Shown: positions 38,699 through 52,535 of the stretch, piece after piece | Layout of the letters: every line of letters starts with the position of its first letter | Numbering within the stretch: position 1 is the first letter of the stretch | Origin: Schmidtea polychroa | Taxonomy: Eukaryota | Direction of reading: 5' to 3' | DNA length: 64,000 nt | Assembly (NCBI GenBank): GCA_044892525.1 | Contig: CM097885.1 | Location: forward strand, 11,410,001-11,474,000 | Program-made: the position numbers and the translations under genes | Notes under the pieces: generated by a model | Seen by the model: only the letters and a program-made list of their open reading frames with translations | The model's database searches: none | What the model was told of the DNA's origin: nothing

Positions 38699-41273
38699 CA
38701 AGGGTGGGCACGCATGAGTTCAATGAGAGACATTTTCCGAAAATTTATTTTTTAAAGAGCCACCATAGTGAACTACATATTTTTTTTATTTCATTAATTT
38801 GATTAAAAAAGACTTAAACGCTATTAAAAACAATTATTTCAAAATTTAAGTAAGAAACATAAAATATAATAAAAATCCATTAATAAAAAGTAATAAAATT
38901 TCTTGAATTAACGAAGACTTTTGGTCAAATCTTTGAAATTTGGTGTATACTTTGTTAAAGCTGTTCGCAGCAATTCTGTAAGATGCTGATTGGTCAACTG
39001 TGAACGATATTTTGACTTCACGAACTTCATTGTGGAGTACAAAGATTCACAACAATATGTTGTACCAAAAATTGAAATTAGACGGCAAGCAGCTTGTTTT
39101 AAGTGTGGATATTTTGCCTCTGGTACGAGTTTCCAAAATTCAATTATAGAAGTAACTTTATGGTGCATTTGCAAAGCCTGGTCCTCTTTCATATCTAATA
39201 ACTCCAATTCCCCAACCGCTTTTTTAACAAGTATTACTTCAGAAATTGGAAATCCATCTTCAATAATATCACAAATAAATTGGTTCACAAAAAATGCAAA
39301 TGTAGATTTAAAACTTTTCAAATCTTCAAACCTACATTTGAAATCCGCTTGCAATTCTTCCAATTTTTCACTGTATTCGTTTACTTTTTCTTCTGTGATA
39401 TCAATTTTATTAGCTTTTATTCGTGGAAAATGATTAAATATTTTCGACCTAAGATCGTTCACAAAAAGCCGAAGTTTAGCTTCAAAACTAAATAACGTTT
39501 GTGACAAATCAATAATTATCTTTTCTTTTCCTTGTAAAGCCAAATTTAATATTTGCAAATGTTCCATAATGTCTGTAAGGAACATTAAGTCAGAAAGCCA
39601 AGTTTCATTTTCTAATTCTGGGTATGCTATTCCTTTTTCTTTGGTAAATATTATGATAGGATTTAGGAGTTCCACAAAACGGTCCAAAACATTGTAAGTT
39701 GACAGCCATCTAACAATACACCATAAGGAGACATCATTGGGCAATTCATCTGTTTCATCATTTAATCTTAATTCTTCTAAAAAGTTTTTAAATTGACGAT
39801 GTGTTTTGGCATTTGTTCTAATTAAATTCACAATCTTCAAAACAATCTTCCACACATTTTCGTATTTAAAGTACTTCGCTATGAGATGCTCGCGATGAAT
39901 TATGCATTGAAGAGATAAGAAATGAGGAATATTTGGATCTCTGTTTAAAAGACCAATGAGACCTTGATTTTTCCCCATCATTGCAGGCGCTCCGTCTGTC
40001 GCAACACTTACAAGTTTATCACGCGCCAATTCAAACTTGTCCATCACTACATCAAGCGCAGTTTTGACATCGATACCGCGAGTTGTTTCTTTAAGAGCTA
40101 CTAGGTCTAAAATTTCTTCCTTTACTTTTACGTCAGAAGATACAAAGCGGACAAAAACGGCTAATTGTGGAACATCCTGAATGTCAGTAGACTCGTCGAG
40201 AGCTAAACTGAATGCTGTACAATTTTTTAAATCACACATCAAATTATTTTCAACATTTTCGCTAATTTGGCCAATTCGACGCGCAGTTGTACGACGTGAC
40301 ATAGGAATACGTGAGATCAATTTATGTAGTTTTGAGTTATCCGGATCCAAAACTTTAATCACTTCTTCCAAGTTTCTCTTAATAAATTCACCTTCTCCAT
40401 ATGTACGTTTAGCACGAGCTATATTCCAAGCTATCAAAAAACTAGCTTCATTGGCACTGTCATCTTCTCGACTAAAAGAAAACATTAGTCCTTGTTGGTT
40501 TTGAAGCCCTGATTGCAATGACTTAAGTTTTTCTGTTCGCAATTTTGAATTGAGTGGATATTGAATTGATAAGTGTGGATGACTTACTTCATAGTGTCGA
40601 CGTAAATTGGTTACTTTGTAGTTGGAAATTGTAACTTTACAAATAAGACACAACGATTTACCATTATTGTCAATAAAAAAAAACTTTTCTGTCCATTCTT
40701 CTTGAAAAGTTCTATTTTCTTGTTTGTATTTTCGTTTTTTGATGTTTTCTGAGGTCATTGTAATAATAAATTTGAATAACTTATATTACTGAAATTTAAA
40801 CAAAATAATAAAAAGACATAAATTTAATTTTAATTAATTTAAAATTTTAAAATGCTTCATAAAAAATCTTCTTACCAAATTTTTCAAAAAACACGAATAG
40901 AAAACTATACTAAAATATACAAACGACCGCAATATTGTACAAACAAAAATATTAACTAATCAAAATTCACTAAATTTCACTAAATTTATTTTCATTGCTT
41001 CTCTCTCGTTGTTATAACAAAGCGCCGCCTACTACAAAATAATTTTAAAAAGCAGTAAAATGTGAAAAACAATGTTTCGTTAATTTTTAACATTTATGAA
41101 AATACAATTGCAACAAAAAATTTTTTTTTAAAAATTCAGTTGAAAAAATTTCAAAATAAAAAAATCGAATTCAATTTTCAAATTCAATTATCAAAAATTC
41201 AATTATCAATGAGCCGCAGTTTACTCAACGAAGAGCCGCATGCGGCTCTAAGAGCCGCCTTTGCCCACCGTTG
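38699..41273 (-). mobile_element. hAT transposon (SPIN/Charlie/GTF2IRD2-like) nested in the larger hAT
   Basis: TIRs CAAGGGTGGGCA / TGCCCACCGTTG; 8-bp TSD GTATAAAT. Confidence 0.95.
38908..40758 (-). CDS. Uninterrupted hAT transposase, 616 aa
   Basis: BED finger CLIC..RRHY...H, LDESTD, TDGAPAM, CIIH, RWLS, FGTTYCCESLYS. Confidence 0.95.
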   Translation of the reverse strand: MTSENIKKRKYKQENRTFQEEWTEKFFFIDNNGKSLCLICKVTISNYKVTNLRRHYEVSHPHLSIQYPLNSKLRTEKLKSLQSGLQNQQGLMFSFSREDDSANEASFLIAWNIARAKRTYGEGEFIKRNLEEVIKVLDPDNSKLHKLISRIPMSRRTTARRIGQISENVENNLMCDLKNCTAFSLALDESTDIQDVPQLAVFVRFVSSDVKVKEEILDLVALKETTRGIDVKTALDVVMDKFELARDKLVSVATDGAPAMMGKNQGLIGLLNRDPNIPHFLSLQCIIHREHLIAKYFKYENVWKIVLKIVNLIRTNAKTHRQFKNFLEELRLNDETDELPNDVSLWCIVRWLSTYNVLDRFVELLNPIIIFTKEKGIAYPELENETWLSDLMFLTDIMEHLQILNLALQGKEKIIIDLSQTLFSFEAKLRLFVNDLRSKIFNHFPRIKANKIDITEEKVNEYSEKLEELQADFKCRFEDLKSFKSTFAFFVNQFICDIIEDGFPISEVILVKKAVGELELLDMKEDQALQMHHKVTSIIEFWKLVPEAKYPHLKQAACRLISIFGTTYCCESLYSTMKFVKSKYRSQLTNQHLTELLRTALTKYTPNFKDLTKSLR

Positions 41274-41819
41274 GTATAAATGGTTTAACAAAAAAATAAA
41301 AATATTATATAATAAGATATTTATTAAAATTGATGTGTATTCCCGTTATGAAATTCAATATATTTAAATTAATTTATAAATATTTAAATTAAATACCCTT
41401 TAGAGTTCGTAAGTACTCTTTGAGAGATTTTCCATAAAATAGGACAATCGAACCGACTTTGCTATGCAGAAATTTTCATCGAAATAGGTTAAAAAAGTAA
41501 AATTTAATTATTTTATTGTACTTTAGAATCTGTTATTTTATTAGCTCTAGAATCTAAAGTATCAAGTCAAACATATTTTAGCAAATAATATTGTAATCAA
41601 TTAGTGGAAGTAGAATTATATGTTTATGTTGCTAAACAATTATGTTTGTCTTTTAAGTTAATACTATTGACGCCCTTGAAGAAAGTGCAATTTTGCAGTT
41701 TGAAAATTTATAATTCTCCATTTTCTACATTACGAAGTGGTAAGTTGATTATGCCGAATTATAATAACCATTTTTTAGTTTATTATTTAAGTTTTAATAC
41801 TTTTTTAATCCATTCCAAG

Positions 41820-44428
41820 ATGAAAAGAATGAGAGATAGCGGCGCTGCTTTTAGAAAAAAGAAAAAGACGAAGGAAGAAGAAAAAGAAAAAAGTAAAGGA
41901 GCACTGATTAAATACTTCAATCGTGAACAAGCAAGTAATACAGCGCGTGAAGGATCTAATATTGCTGCACCTGAAGTACATCCTGTATCTGAAGAAATTA
42001 TTATTACTGCGCCAAGTTCAAGTTCTTCTGAATACTTCAATCGTGAACAAACAAGTAATACTGCACGTTAAGGATCTAATATTGCTGCACCTGAAGTACA
42101 TCCTGTATCTGAAGAAATTAATATTACTGCGCCAAGTTCAAGTTCTTCAACTACGAGCGATGAAGTGTCTGCATTTCCTACTGCTAACTTAAAAGACGCT
42201 GGTCTATGGCCGAGCAAAATTAGTGATCACACAAGAATCTTACTAGTACGCCAAGGTGCGTCTGTGATTCAACACCTAGATTCAGATTTCGGTGAAACCA
42301 TTCGTCAAGGTTTATCAATTAAAGGACGGAACAGAAAACTCACTCGCGATTGGTTTTTCCAAACTCTGCCAAATGGCGAAAAAAATGTTACGGTCTTGGT
42401 TAATATATTCGCCTTACAAGAAAGTTCTCTACTGCTTTTGCTGCAGAATATTTCCAGCTGAAAAAGGTTCACATTTTAATTCTTTAGATAGATTTAATGC
42501 TTGGTGGAAACTTAATCCTAGGCTACTCGAATATGAATCCAGTGTGACACACGTTCAAAAATTCATGCAATGGAAGGAGTTGGAAATAAGAATTAGTTGC
42601 GGAGCAACGATTGATTAAATAGAGCAGGAAGCTGTTGAAAATGAAGCGAAGAAGTGGAGACAAATCCTATCAAGATTGTTAGATGTAATTAAATTCTCAG
42701 CGAGACAGAATTTATCTTTACGAGGTCATCGAGAAGAAGATAAGTTTGAATCAATATATAATAATAATAATAATAGAGGAAATTTTTTAGAATTAGTAGA
42801 TTTGTTGTCAAAATATGATCCAGTGCTGAGAGAACATATTCTTAGAGTCAAGCTGGGAAATAAATTCGCCTTATCTTATATGTCACCTACGATTCAAAAC
42901 GAATTTATAGAAATTTTGGGAAATAAAGTAAGAAGCAAAGTTTTAGAACAAGTTAAACAAGCCAAATACTATTCTATAATATTCGACAGCACTCCTGACA
43001 TTTCTCATATAGATCAGACGAGCCAGGTTTTGCATTATGTATTGATTGATGGAGATAAAGTAAAGATAATGGAATCATTTGTTGATTTTATTGAAACGAA
43101 AAGTAAAACCGCCGAGAACATTTCGATAATGATTTTGAAGAAATTAGAAAATGACGGACTTGATATTCAAAATTGTAGAGGACAAGCTTATGACAATGCT
43201 GCTGTGATGGCTGGAAAATGTACTAGTGTTCAAAAACGTATAAAACAAATTAATAGAAAAGCAGAGTTTGTTACATGTACCAATCATACCCTGAATTTGT
43301 CCGGTCTACACGCAGCTTCAGTGGCTATCAATTCGGTAACTTTTTTTGGAGTTTTGGATCGCCTTTACGTATTTTATTCTTCCTTTACTCATCGATGGGA
43401 CATTCTGACATCGGCGACTTCTCAAAGTCTCCAACGCGTAGTAGAAACTCGATGGAGTGCAAGGGCTAAAGCTGTGAGTGTCTTAAAAATTAATTTCTCA
43501 AACATTTTAAATTCTTTGGAAGATTTGACTAGCGAAGAAGAAAACACATGCACATACACAAGCTGGTGTACTACTTGGTGCGTTGCAATCATTTTCATTT
43601 TTGTGTTTCCTCGGTCTAAGGGAATCAGTTCTGGTAAAAATTAATGAAACACAGAATTACCTCCAAACTAAAGGGATAAATATACAAAATTGTGATATAA
43701 AACTTAAGGCTTTAAAGTCATTTTTAATAGATAATAGGAATAAGCTAGTGGAAAATTCAATAATATATGCCAAGGAAATATGTTCTGATTTAGGAATTAT
43801 CATGGAGCGTCAGCGTCGGTGCAAAAAGAAAAAAAGAATGTTTGATGAAGGATCCAATGATGCTGAATTGCCGTATGAAACTGAATTGCGAAGAGAAATG
43901 TATTCTTCTCTAGACAGGGTTATTCAAGAAATAAATACGAGATTTCAACAGATTCATGTTCTTGGTGAAAAATATGGATTTCTTGCCCCATCTAATCTTT
44001 TAAACGAGGATTATAATTGTCAGATAAGTGATGATCATGACGATATTAATAAGGAAGAATTCTTTATTGAAAGAAAAAGATTAATAAGTTTCGTCGCTGC
44101 CGCAGCTATGCGAGACGAAACAGATATATTGAAAGAAAGCCCCTTTGAGCTTTTACAGTTCATTCAAAAATATAATCTTGGAAATTCCGTACCCAATATT
44201 GTCATTTTACTACGAATTTTCCTGACAATTGCTGTAAGTGTGGCTAGCTGTGAGAGAAGTTTTTCAAAATTAAAATTAATTAAGAATTACTTAAGATCTT
44301 CTATGCACAGTTTACGGTTGAGAAATCTTGCCATATTATCAATAGAACATCAATTAACGGAGGAAGCAGACTTCGATGATGTTATTGATGACTTTGATAG
44401 ACGAAAAGCAAGAAGAGTAATTATGTAG
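41820..44428 (+). pseudogene. Disrupted ZMYM1-like hAT transposase
   Basis: YCFCC, LRGHRE, DSTPDISH, RGQAYDNAA, TRW, SVASCERSFSKLKLIK across stops and frameshifts; 120-bp tandem duplication near the 5' end. Confidence 0.92.
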
Positions 44429-45255
44429 ATTGCAGAATATAGTTTATGGGTATTAATGTTCTAAGACAATTAAAAAGTATCAGTTGATGATTGTTATATT
44501 ATATTGTGTTTATTGTTATATTACATTAGTGTCCTTTTTTATTTTAATACCAATTTATATAAACAACTTTTGTATACAATATTTTTAGTTGTTGGCTAAT
44601 TTTATAATTAATTTATTTTGTGTTTTTTACTCTGTAATGATATGTTAATTTTGTATTGTTTTTTTTGTATTGTATTATTTAAAAATTAAATATAATGATA
44701 ATTTGACAATGCTTAATTTACTATATGTTTTAATGTATTATAAAACACTTTGTTTAAATAAGAAAAAAATATTTCATACAAGAATAAATAGTATGTATAT
44801 GTGAAGGGTATGTAGCGTATTTGGAAAGGGAGGCAAAATTAATCAGGCCGTCTGTTTTGGAAAGTTTTTATTTTAAAAAATGTACAAGGGGGGGAGAGGC
44901 GGCAATTTTAAGGATCGCCCCGGGCGGAACATACCCTAGCTACGCCACTGCCAAACAGATTTCGTCGAAATTTGTTGTGAATCGATCTATAAAGATCGAA
45001 TAGTGCAATTCAATTCTCGTCAAAACAATTTACAATCAAAACTTTATTTTTCAAACAAACTACAATCTTAAAAGTTAAAAAGTATTAAATCATTTAAAAT
45101 TGACAAAGATATCTCGGTATTCGACTAACAAAATAACAGCCAATTATATCGATTAAAACTCGAGAGCACACAGAGGAAAGAAATACACACATGCGCACAC
45201 ACACTAGTTGGCTGATGAAATAAATTTATTGAAATTAAATGAAACTTCATTTCAA

Positions 45256-46038
45256 ATGTCAGACAACAAATCTACCGATTCGGTTCAAACCAATAAAAAT
45301 GACAATAGAACTCCAATTAGGCAGATTATGCATTCGAATTCTCAAAAACAAATAATGTTGTTATCCGCAAGCAGCAGATTCAGCCAGTCTTCATTGGATA
45401 TTAAAAGCGTCTCAGATAAGCCAATTCTAACTCACAGATTCAAGCAAATCGGTCGCAAACTCGTCAAGATTATCAATGTGACGAAAATAATCCAAAACGG
45501 GAAACAACCGGCATTAATCGAGGATAGAAATGAGAGTCGAAGTGATAATGATTATGATTTTATTCAGAAAATTGACGAAACCGACATTCCAATCCATCCG
45601 CGCTTTCCATCGACAATGTCACCCGAAGCTCAATATTCATTCTTAAAAGGTTATCAAGACCTAATTTTCCGAAGTATCCATTCCACAAAACAAGCGAAAA
45701 TCGAACCAGCCAATTTGACACCAACTCTACCGAAAATCGAGGGAAATAATTATCTTTACTATGAACCAAAAATCAAGACAAAATATAGCCAATTTGGCTT
45801 TATTCCTTACACATCTCACCAAAAGGGCCACGAAAACCACTTACCGACTCCGATGCAACAGCTTTCTACTTCCTATCGACTTCAGAATGCCATGGACATT
45901 CTCGACTTTGTCAACGACAGCAATGGCAAACCGACATTTTCATATCACTTTAAACGTCATAACATTAAACCGGCTCAACATTTTTTGACATGGGAAAAAA
46001 CATGGAAAAAGGATTTTGAAATAAGAAGTAGATCTTAA
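45256..46038 (+). CDS. Hypothetical host protein
   Basis: Long intronless ORF with ordinary composition; no domain recognised. Confidence 0.6.
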   Translation: MSDNKSTDSVQTNKNDNRTPIRQIMHSNSQKQIMLLSASSRFSQSSLDIKSVSDKPILTHRFKQIGRKLVKIINVTKIIQNGKQPALIEDRNESRSDNDYDFIQKIDETDIPIHPRFPSTMSPEAQYSFLKGYQDLIFRSIHSTKQAKIEPANLTPTLPKIEGNNYLYYEPKIKTKYSQFGFIPYTSHQKGHENHLPTPMQQLSTSYRLQNAMDILDFVNDSNGKPTFSYHFKRHNIKPAQHFLTWEKTWKKDFEIRSRS

Positions 46039-46404
46039 ATGGGACAAAAATGTGGATTTCATTTTCCTTTTCAAAACATTTTTATTAGATTTATAAGATA
46101 TAACATTTGAATTTTACCTAGAAATATATATTGATAATGACAAAATAATTACACATAATAATTCATAAATATCATTTGAAGTTGTTTTAATTGTTTGATT
46201 TATGGATTTCATAAGCCAAAATACACGAGTAAAATTCGAAAATAAATCAAATTACATTATTTTTTGGGGGTTATATTTAAAATACACCAGTAAAAATTTA
46301 TTTGAAAATGTTAAAATCGGTGATTAGAACTTAATTCCTCTACTACTACCGTATTTACGATTTTATCCGCGGGCACCCACCCTACACGGTACACCCAATT
46401 CTGA

Positions 46405-46902
46405 AATTTACGGAAGAAGCACAATTGAGACACCCGCGAGGAAACAAATACGTTCAATCAGATCAAAAAATATTTCAGTCTGTGCTGCTGTTATGAAAAG
46501 TGGTATTAAACTTTTTAAAATAAGTGAAACAGCGTTCAATTCGATCAAATTTTTTGATTTTCTAAGGGAACTAGTTAATGAATTGCATTATCATGGTATT
46601 CAAACTGGAAGAATTATAATGGATAATACTTCGATCCACAAAAAAAGAAGAACAAAGACTTCTTGCTGTCTAATGGTTTTGAACTTGCATTTTTACCTAC
46701 TTATTCTCCTCAGTTAAATCCGATTGAAAAGGTATTTAGCACTTGGAAGCATTATATAGCACAGCGAAACCCAGACACGGTTGCTAATTTATATTCTTAT
46801 ATCAGAGATTCTTCAACCTTAATAACTCAAGAAGATTGTCAAGGATTCTACCACCACGTAAGAAGTTTTGCACTAAAGGGAATAAGAAGAGAGGAATTTT
46901 AA
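46405..46902 (+). pseudogene. Tc1/IS630-type transposase 3' fragment
   Basis: IRSKNISV, IIMDNTSIHK, FLPTYSPQLNPIE with a frameshift. Confidence 0.85.
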
Positions 46903-47221
46903 ATAAATTAACAAATATCAAGATTTCTTTTGGGTATTTTTTCTTTTCCCTCATTTTTGTCATATCGTTTCATATAATTTTAAATATTTTTACTTAATAA
47001 ATGTTTTTTCAAAATTTCCTTAATCAATCGTTAATTTGAGTTAAAAACCTCTATAATTCACGTTGGTGTGCACACCAGTTGAGGTGAGTCACCATTTACG
47101 TGAAAATGAAGTTACTCAATTTCATTTATTCAATTTCTTAAAAATGGTTTTCAGGTAATTTTTTTAATTTCAAGTAACTTCAAGACTTGAATTTGGATTT
47201 TATATAATTATGAGATCATTA

Positions 47222-48688
47222 CAGGGTTTTAAGTTGTATTTTGACAAGCATAATATATTTTTTGACAATATTAACCAGATAATAAACAATATTAAATCTA
47301 TTATTGACAATATATGCTAAATTAATAACAATAAAAGCTTTATTAATGACATTATAAATATATTTTTAGACATTCTATGCATGGCTCGACAAATAAGTCA
47401 ATTTCCTGCTTCCATAGCAAATAATACAGAAATAGTAGTCGAAAGTGATAACACTGCCGAACCAGCTATCCGTAACACTTTTCGAGTACAACGAAGAAAT
47501 AGTACAACTTCAAATGCTGATAGAGATCGTGTTATTACAGCATACGATGACGGGACTTCAATAGTTGATATTTCTCGAATTTTATCAATAAAAAGAACTA
47601 CAATTTATGGTATTTTGAAGAAGTACGATAACACTGGAGTGGTGGAAGCTGATAAGAGAGGCGGCGATCATCCACAAAAATTGACAGAGGATCAAAAAAA
47701 TCAAGTAAAAGAGTGGGTTGATAATAACTGCTAATTATCGTTGAAAGTTTTAGCGGAAAAGGTATTTACAGAGTTTCAAATTAGAATATCCACAACTTAT
47801 GTATATAATTTATTATCTCGTTTTCATTATTCAATGAAAAGACTTCATTTAATTCCAGAGAGAAGAAATTCAACAGAAGTAATTGAAACAAGAAAAGAAT
47901 ATGCACTTAAATTCTCTTCTATACTAAGTATATATTCAGAACAAGAATTAATATTTATTGATGAGGTGGGATTCAACGTTTCTATGAGAACAACAAGAGG
48001 AAGATCACAAATAGGCACTCCTGCAACATTAAATGTACCGACCATACGATCAAGAAATATATCTATAGCATGTGCAATGAACAAAAATGGGTTATTGTTT
48101 TATAAATCTTTTAATCGGGCCCTCAATAAAGAGAAGTTTATCGAATATATAACAGAGCTAAAGGAAGTTTTAATTGATAAAGAGATTCACAGATGCGTAT
48201 TCATAATGGATAATGTTAAGTTCCATAAAAGTCCTGAAGTGCTTAGCGCTATAAATAATGAAAATACAACTGTAAAATTTCTTCCGCCGTACTCCCCTTT
48301 TCTCAATCCTATTGAGAACATGTTCAGCAAATGGAAGGAAATCACCAAAAGAACCAACCCCAGAAATGAAGATGATCTTATGCGAGCAATTTAAAATGGA
48401 AGTACCCTAATATCTTCACAAGACTGTAGTAATTATGTGCGAAATATGTGGTCATATATACCAAGATGTATTGAGGGAGAAATTATTCTTAATTAAATGT
48501 CACTTAATTTTTTTGTCATTACATTTTTTGTAATATATTACATTAATATATGTATTATTGTCATTAATATTATTTAAATTGGCATTTATTTTATTAATAT
48601 TGTCATTAATGTATTTAACATTGTCAAAGATTATATTAAAATATTCAAAAAATATGTTATGTTTGTCATAATACGACTTGAAACCCTG
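47222..48688 (+). mobile_element. Tc1/IS630-type DD34E transposon; transposase 47381-48496 with two premature stops
   Basis: TA-flanked TIRs CAGGGTTTTAAGTTGTATT / AATACGACTTGAAACCCTG; FIDE, MDN-34 aa-E (YSPFLNPIE); TAA at 47732 and 48392. Confidence 0.93.
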
Positions 48689-49656
48689 TATTCAAGTTCT
48701 TAAATATTACTGTTAGTCAGCATTTATAATATAACATTAATAATTAAATTTCAGGTGTTTTTTAGGAATTATATGATATTTTATGCATTTATCTGGAATT
48801 ATTTCGTTAAAATGTAAATTAGATATATTTTTAACTAAATAAATAAACTAATCACCGAATACATTTATTTTTTTAATGCAATCTTCCAAATTCTTGGTAA
48901 TTGTCCCCATTTTCAAAGGCATTAATAAGCCGTATTTTGTTATTTTCTGTATATCTATGAAAATATTAATTTATTAAAATAATTTATTTAAATTTACGAT
49001 TTGCGAATTTCTTTCTAAATAAAGATAAACATGATAGTATAATTTAAATATTGTTAACAATATACATTACATAAAATCAAATGACCCTCACTTGACTATG
49101 AATCAGTAAAGATATCGATGTTTTTTTGATATTCACGAATTTTCCTCACTGCCTTTTTCATGTGATTTGAAAGTTTTTTAATAAATAAAATGTCAATTGA
49201 AAAGAAATCAGTGGTGAAAATTGAAAAAAGTTCTTATAATACTAATTTATTTATTATAAATATTAAAAAAATATTTTAAACATTTAAATTTTTATATTTT
49301 TAAAAACATGGATTGAAAAACAAGAAAAGAGAAGATTAGAGAATAGAGATAAAGATTATTTAAATTTTGCATTGAAGTGATCAGGATCTATTTTAGGTTG
49401 AAATATTTCATTTAGTAAATAAAAGATGCAAAAATTGTTTACCTAGTTATTTATTTGAATTATATTTCCATAAATGATTCCGTTGTCAGCAAATTATTTA
49501 AAAGTTTAGAATACATAATTCGTTCAATTATTCATTTAAAATGGGGATTTATTTATAAATGTAATTAAAAAATCAAAAAAAGCGATTTGAAAATTATTAA
49601 AGAAAACTGGACTTTACTGTCACATAATCTACCAGCAAAATAGGTGGTACAAGCAA

Positions 49657-51171
49657 TCATTTGAAGATATTCACATCATCAAACAACTCATTGTTGATCG
49701 GGGTAACATAATTAAAATACGGACAGTCCAAGTGCTCGGTGTACTTTTCTTTCGTGAAAGATTTTGCTATAACTGAAAGCGAGATGTGATTGTTGAGAGA
49801 ATACATTTTTTTATTCGACGGAATTTTCACCGGTGGTTGATACTCATACATTTTGAACAAGTTAAACCTTTTAAATAAAGGCAAACTCTGAGGTAGCCAT
49901 TTATGATTCGTATTATTCATACAGTCGTGTAAACGAGTGTTTTCGTCGCTTATCAAACTGAAAAATACCGTGATTAGTTCTGGAAACCTTTTGCAACGCT
50001 GTTTCAAAATTGACTTTTGCATGAAACTTTTTGTTTTCCAATTCGATATGAAGTCTGACAATTCTTTAACTTTATCCGAAACGATATGTTTGTATGGTCG
50101 GCATCCAAATAGCAAATGGAAAAATATTACACCTACCGCCCAATAGTCACCTTTATCATCGTAGACGTTTTTTTCTTCTTTTATATATTCAGGTGCCGCA
50201 TAATATCGATTGCCCCACATTCTTCGAGGAGAATATAAGTATGGCTCCAATAGGTGAGAAGACGAACAGCTTGAAGAGAAAGAACACTCTCCTTCGAGTT
50301 CTGTACTCGAACATTTTCGCTTTGCCAATCCAAAATCTATTAACTTCAAATGACCAGAACAAGTGAGTAAAATGTTATTTTCCTTTAAATCTCTATGCAA
50401 TACACCTTGCTCATGCATGTACTTTAGAGCTCCCAACAGTTCAGCGATATAGAACTGTACAATTTCAAATTGACGTTGCGTCAGAAATGGGATATCTATG
50501 ACCATCTTTTCATCAGTAATGCCAGATACCAACAGAGGATAAAGATCAGCTCCATTGTCTATTTTGATAAGTTTCTTCAAATAAGTTATCGTTTCACCGT
50601 CTATAAATTCTTGAACAAAAATTGCTGCCAGTTGACGTTCAATAAAACACGCATAAAGTTTCGGTGTCCACCTCCCGGATAGTCTAATCAAGCTGTCGCG
50701 TTCATTAATCAACTGTGAGTAATGATTCTGAATGTCATCACCTTTTCGGGCGCCTATCATTTTGATTAAACAGATTTTTATCTTCTTCTTGTTTTCATCT
50801 TCCAAACTATATCTCAAAGAAGCTATAAATCCTTTTCCAAAACTTCCTTGACCAATTAACTTATGATAATTAAATTGTTTCCAGGATAATAAAGAAGGCA
50901 TTTTAATCTGTACAGGGAGATTTGTGTTAGGTGCTTGGTTAAGGTTCATTGAGAAATGCCAGGCCAGATATTCTCTGTTGTACATCATGCACTCGGAAAA
51001 GAGAAAATAATCCTTTAACTTTATTATGTACTTATCCCTAACCTGAGCAGGAATTCTGTGCTCATTTACTTCTTCATTTTGACAGAAATTCAGTTTTTGT
51101 TTGTTTTTATGTGATGTTTTGAACGATCTTTTCGGTTTTAGGTAATTTTTCTTATTCATATTCTTTTTCAT
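49657..51171 (-). CDS. Divergent AGC-group Ser/Thr protein kinase, intronless, 504 aa
   Basis: GQGSFG, HRDLKENN, DFG, APE, DYWAVG, QFYIAEL. Confidence 0.9.
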   Translation of the reverse strand: MKKNMNKKNYLKPKRSFKTSHKNKQKLNFCQNEEVNEHRIPAQVRDKYIIKLKDYFLFSECMMYNREYLAWHFSMNLNQAPNTNLPVQIKMPSLLSWKQFNYHKLIGQGSFGKGFIASLRYSLEDENKKKIKICLIKMIGARKGDDIQNHYSQLINERDSLIRLSGRWTPKLYACFIERQLAAIFVQEFIDGETITYLKKLIKIDNGADLYPLLVSGITDEKMVIDIPFLTQRQFEIVQFYIAELLGALKYMHEQGVLHRDLKENNILLTCSGHLKLIDFGLAKRKCSSTELEGECSFSSSCSSSHLLEPYLYSPRRMWGNRYYAAPEYIKEEKNVYDDKGDYWAVGVIFFHLLFGCRPYKHIVSDKVKELSDFISNWKTKSFMQKSILKQRCKRFPELITVFFSLISDENTRLHDCMNNTNHKWLPQSLPLFKRFNLFKMYEYQPPVKIPSNKKMYSLNNHISLSVIAKSFTKEKYTEHLDCPYFNYVTPINNELFDDVNIFK

Positions 51172-52535
51172 GTTGTTTTAAAACAAGCATTTTTATAATA
51201 TTTATTGACGATTTATAAAGTAAATCAATAATAATTTCATACGAGGATAGAGGCACACGAGACAGCCATAATGGCCATTAACACCTTCACTACCTACCTT
51301 TCGAAGGCCCTGGTCTCCCATAGACTGATGTCATATTTTGCAAAATATTGTACCAAAATTCTTCCTATCTTATATCTTCAATGTTTATCTGTTTTCATTT
51401 TAAATGTTTTATTTTGGGGCATTACTTTCTTTAATTGAATTAAAAAAACTTTCCGACCATAATCTAAGTTTATTCAATCGCAGCAATGATATACTACAAA
51501 ATATGTCTTGTTTGTTATTTGAAGTCGTTCATTGTCGGGGGCGCCGCGTCTCTTTGGACGTTATTTTCGACTCTGCTCGGTTGGTTCTGAGTCCCCCGTG
51601 TATCGCCGTTGAAGCGTGGTTATTTCTTGTTATTTAAGGGTGCATTGGGCATCCCCATCAGTATTTTCAACGTGGCCGGCCTGGATGTTCTGTTTCACTT
51701 GGTGAAGGCGCGCGATTGCGCGGTTCACCTCCATGATGGCTTGAAGGCGGGTTAGGGTTAGGGCCGGCTTCAGAGTTTTCACTTCGTTTTTTTGTATTTA
51801 GCATTTCTAAATAATGTCAGTGAAGCTTTCATTGCTTTGTTTTCTATAGATTTTTATCTAGGTGAGTCTAATTCAGAGGAGTCCTTACACCTCATCCAGT
51901 CTTACTCAGCCATACTTACACATCTATAAACATGCGCACATACATTCAAAAATACCTTATTTTAATCCCTAACGTTCAGGTAGGTACAAGCTATTGGGTA
52001 CCTCGAGAGAACAGTGAATGAATGATACCCAGATCCATTGAAAAAATTGAAATCATAACTAGATACTTACTTATGCAATACATGTGGCGCAAAAGGGATT
52101 CTATATCTGTAACTGTTATTAGACCTATTTATTTCCAAAATTAATTACAAATTTCCTAGGATTCGCTTATTTAAAATCACATCAAAAAATTTCCAATTAA
52201 TAATTATTCCAAAAAAATTCGTTTGTTTAAATCCTGGTAAATTTCTCCAACATCAACATTTATTTTTTGAAATTATAATTAACTAAATTTTTAAGAAGCT
52301 TAATTTAATATTTTTTCTTTAGAGAATTTATTATTTACCCTAAGGGAGGACTCGGTCAGCAGTGATTTACTAGTTACATTTTTGGTCCTAATACTTTCCC
52401 GCTGCCATAGTTACTTGCCACGGTTTACTGATCCTTGTAATTTTTAAAATTATACCATTTGTACTTTCAGGGTTTCAGGTAAACGAACGTTCGAGGAGAA
52501 TTTGAACCCAAATGCGTCGTGGAATTTATTCGGAT

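Larger units (their letters stand above)
37023..44950 (+). mobile_element. hAT transposon (ZMYM1/Tip100-like)
   Basis: TIRs CAGTGGCGTAGCTA / TAGCTACGCCACTG; 8-bp TSD CCAAACAG on both sides. Confidence 0.95.

Noticed and set aside
37236..41492. Possible additional TIR element inside the outer hAT
   Set aside because: Only a weak partial inverted match and no convincing TSD.
51500..51810. GC-richer patch, possible gag fragment or PBS next to the second TG..CA element
   Set aside because: No open frame with recognisable motifs and no tRNA-complementary PBS or polypurine tract adjoining the termini.
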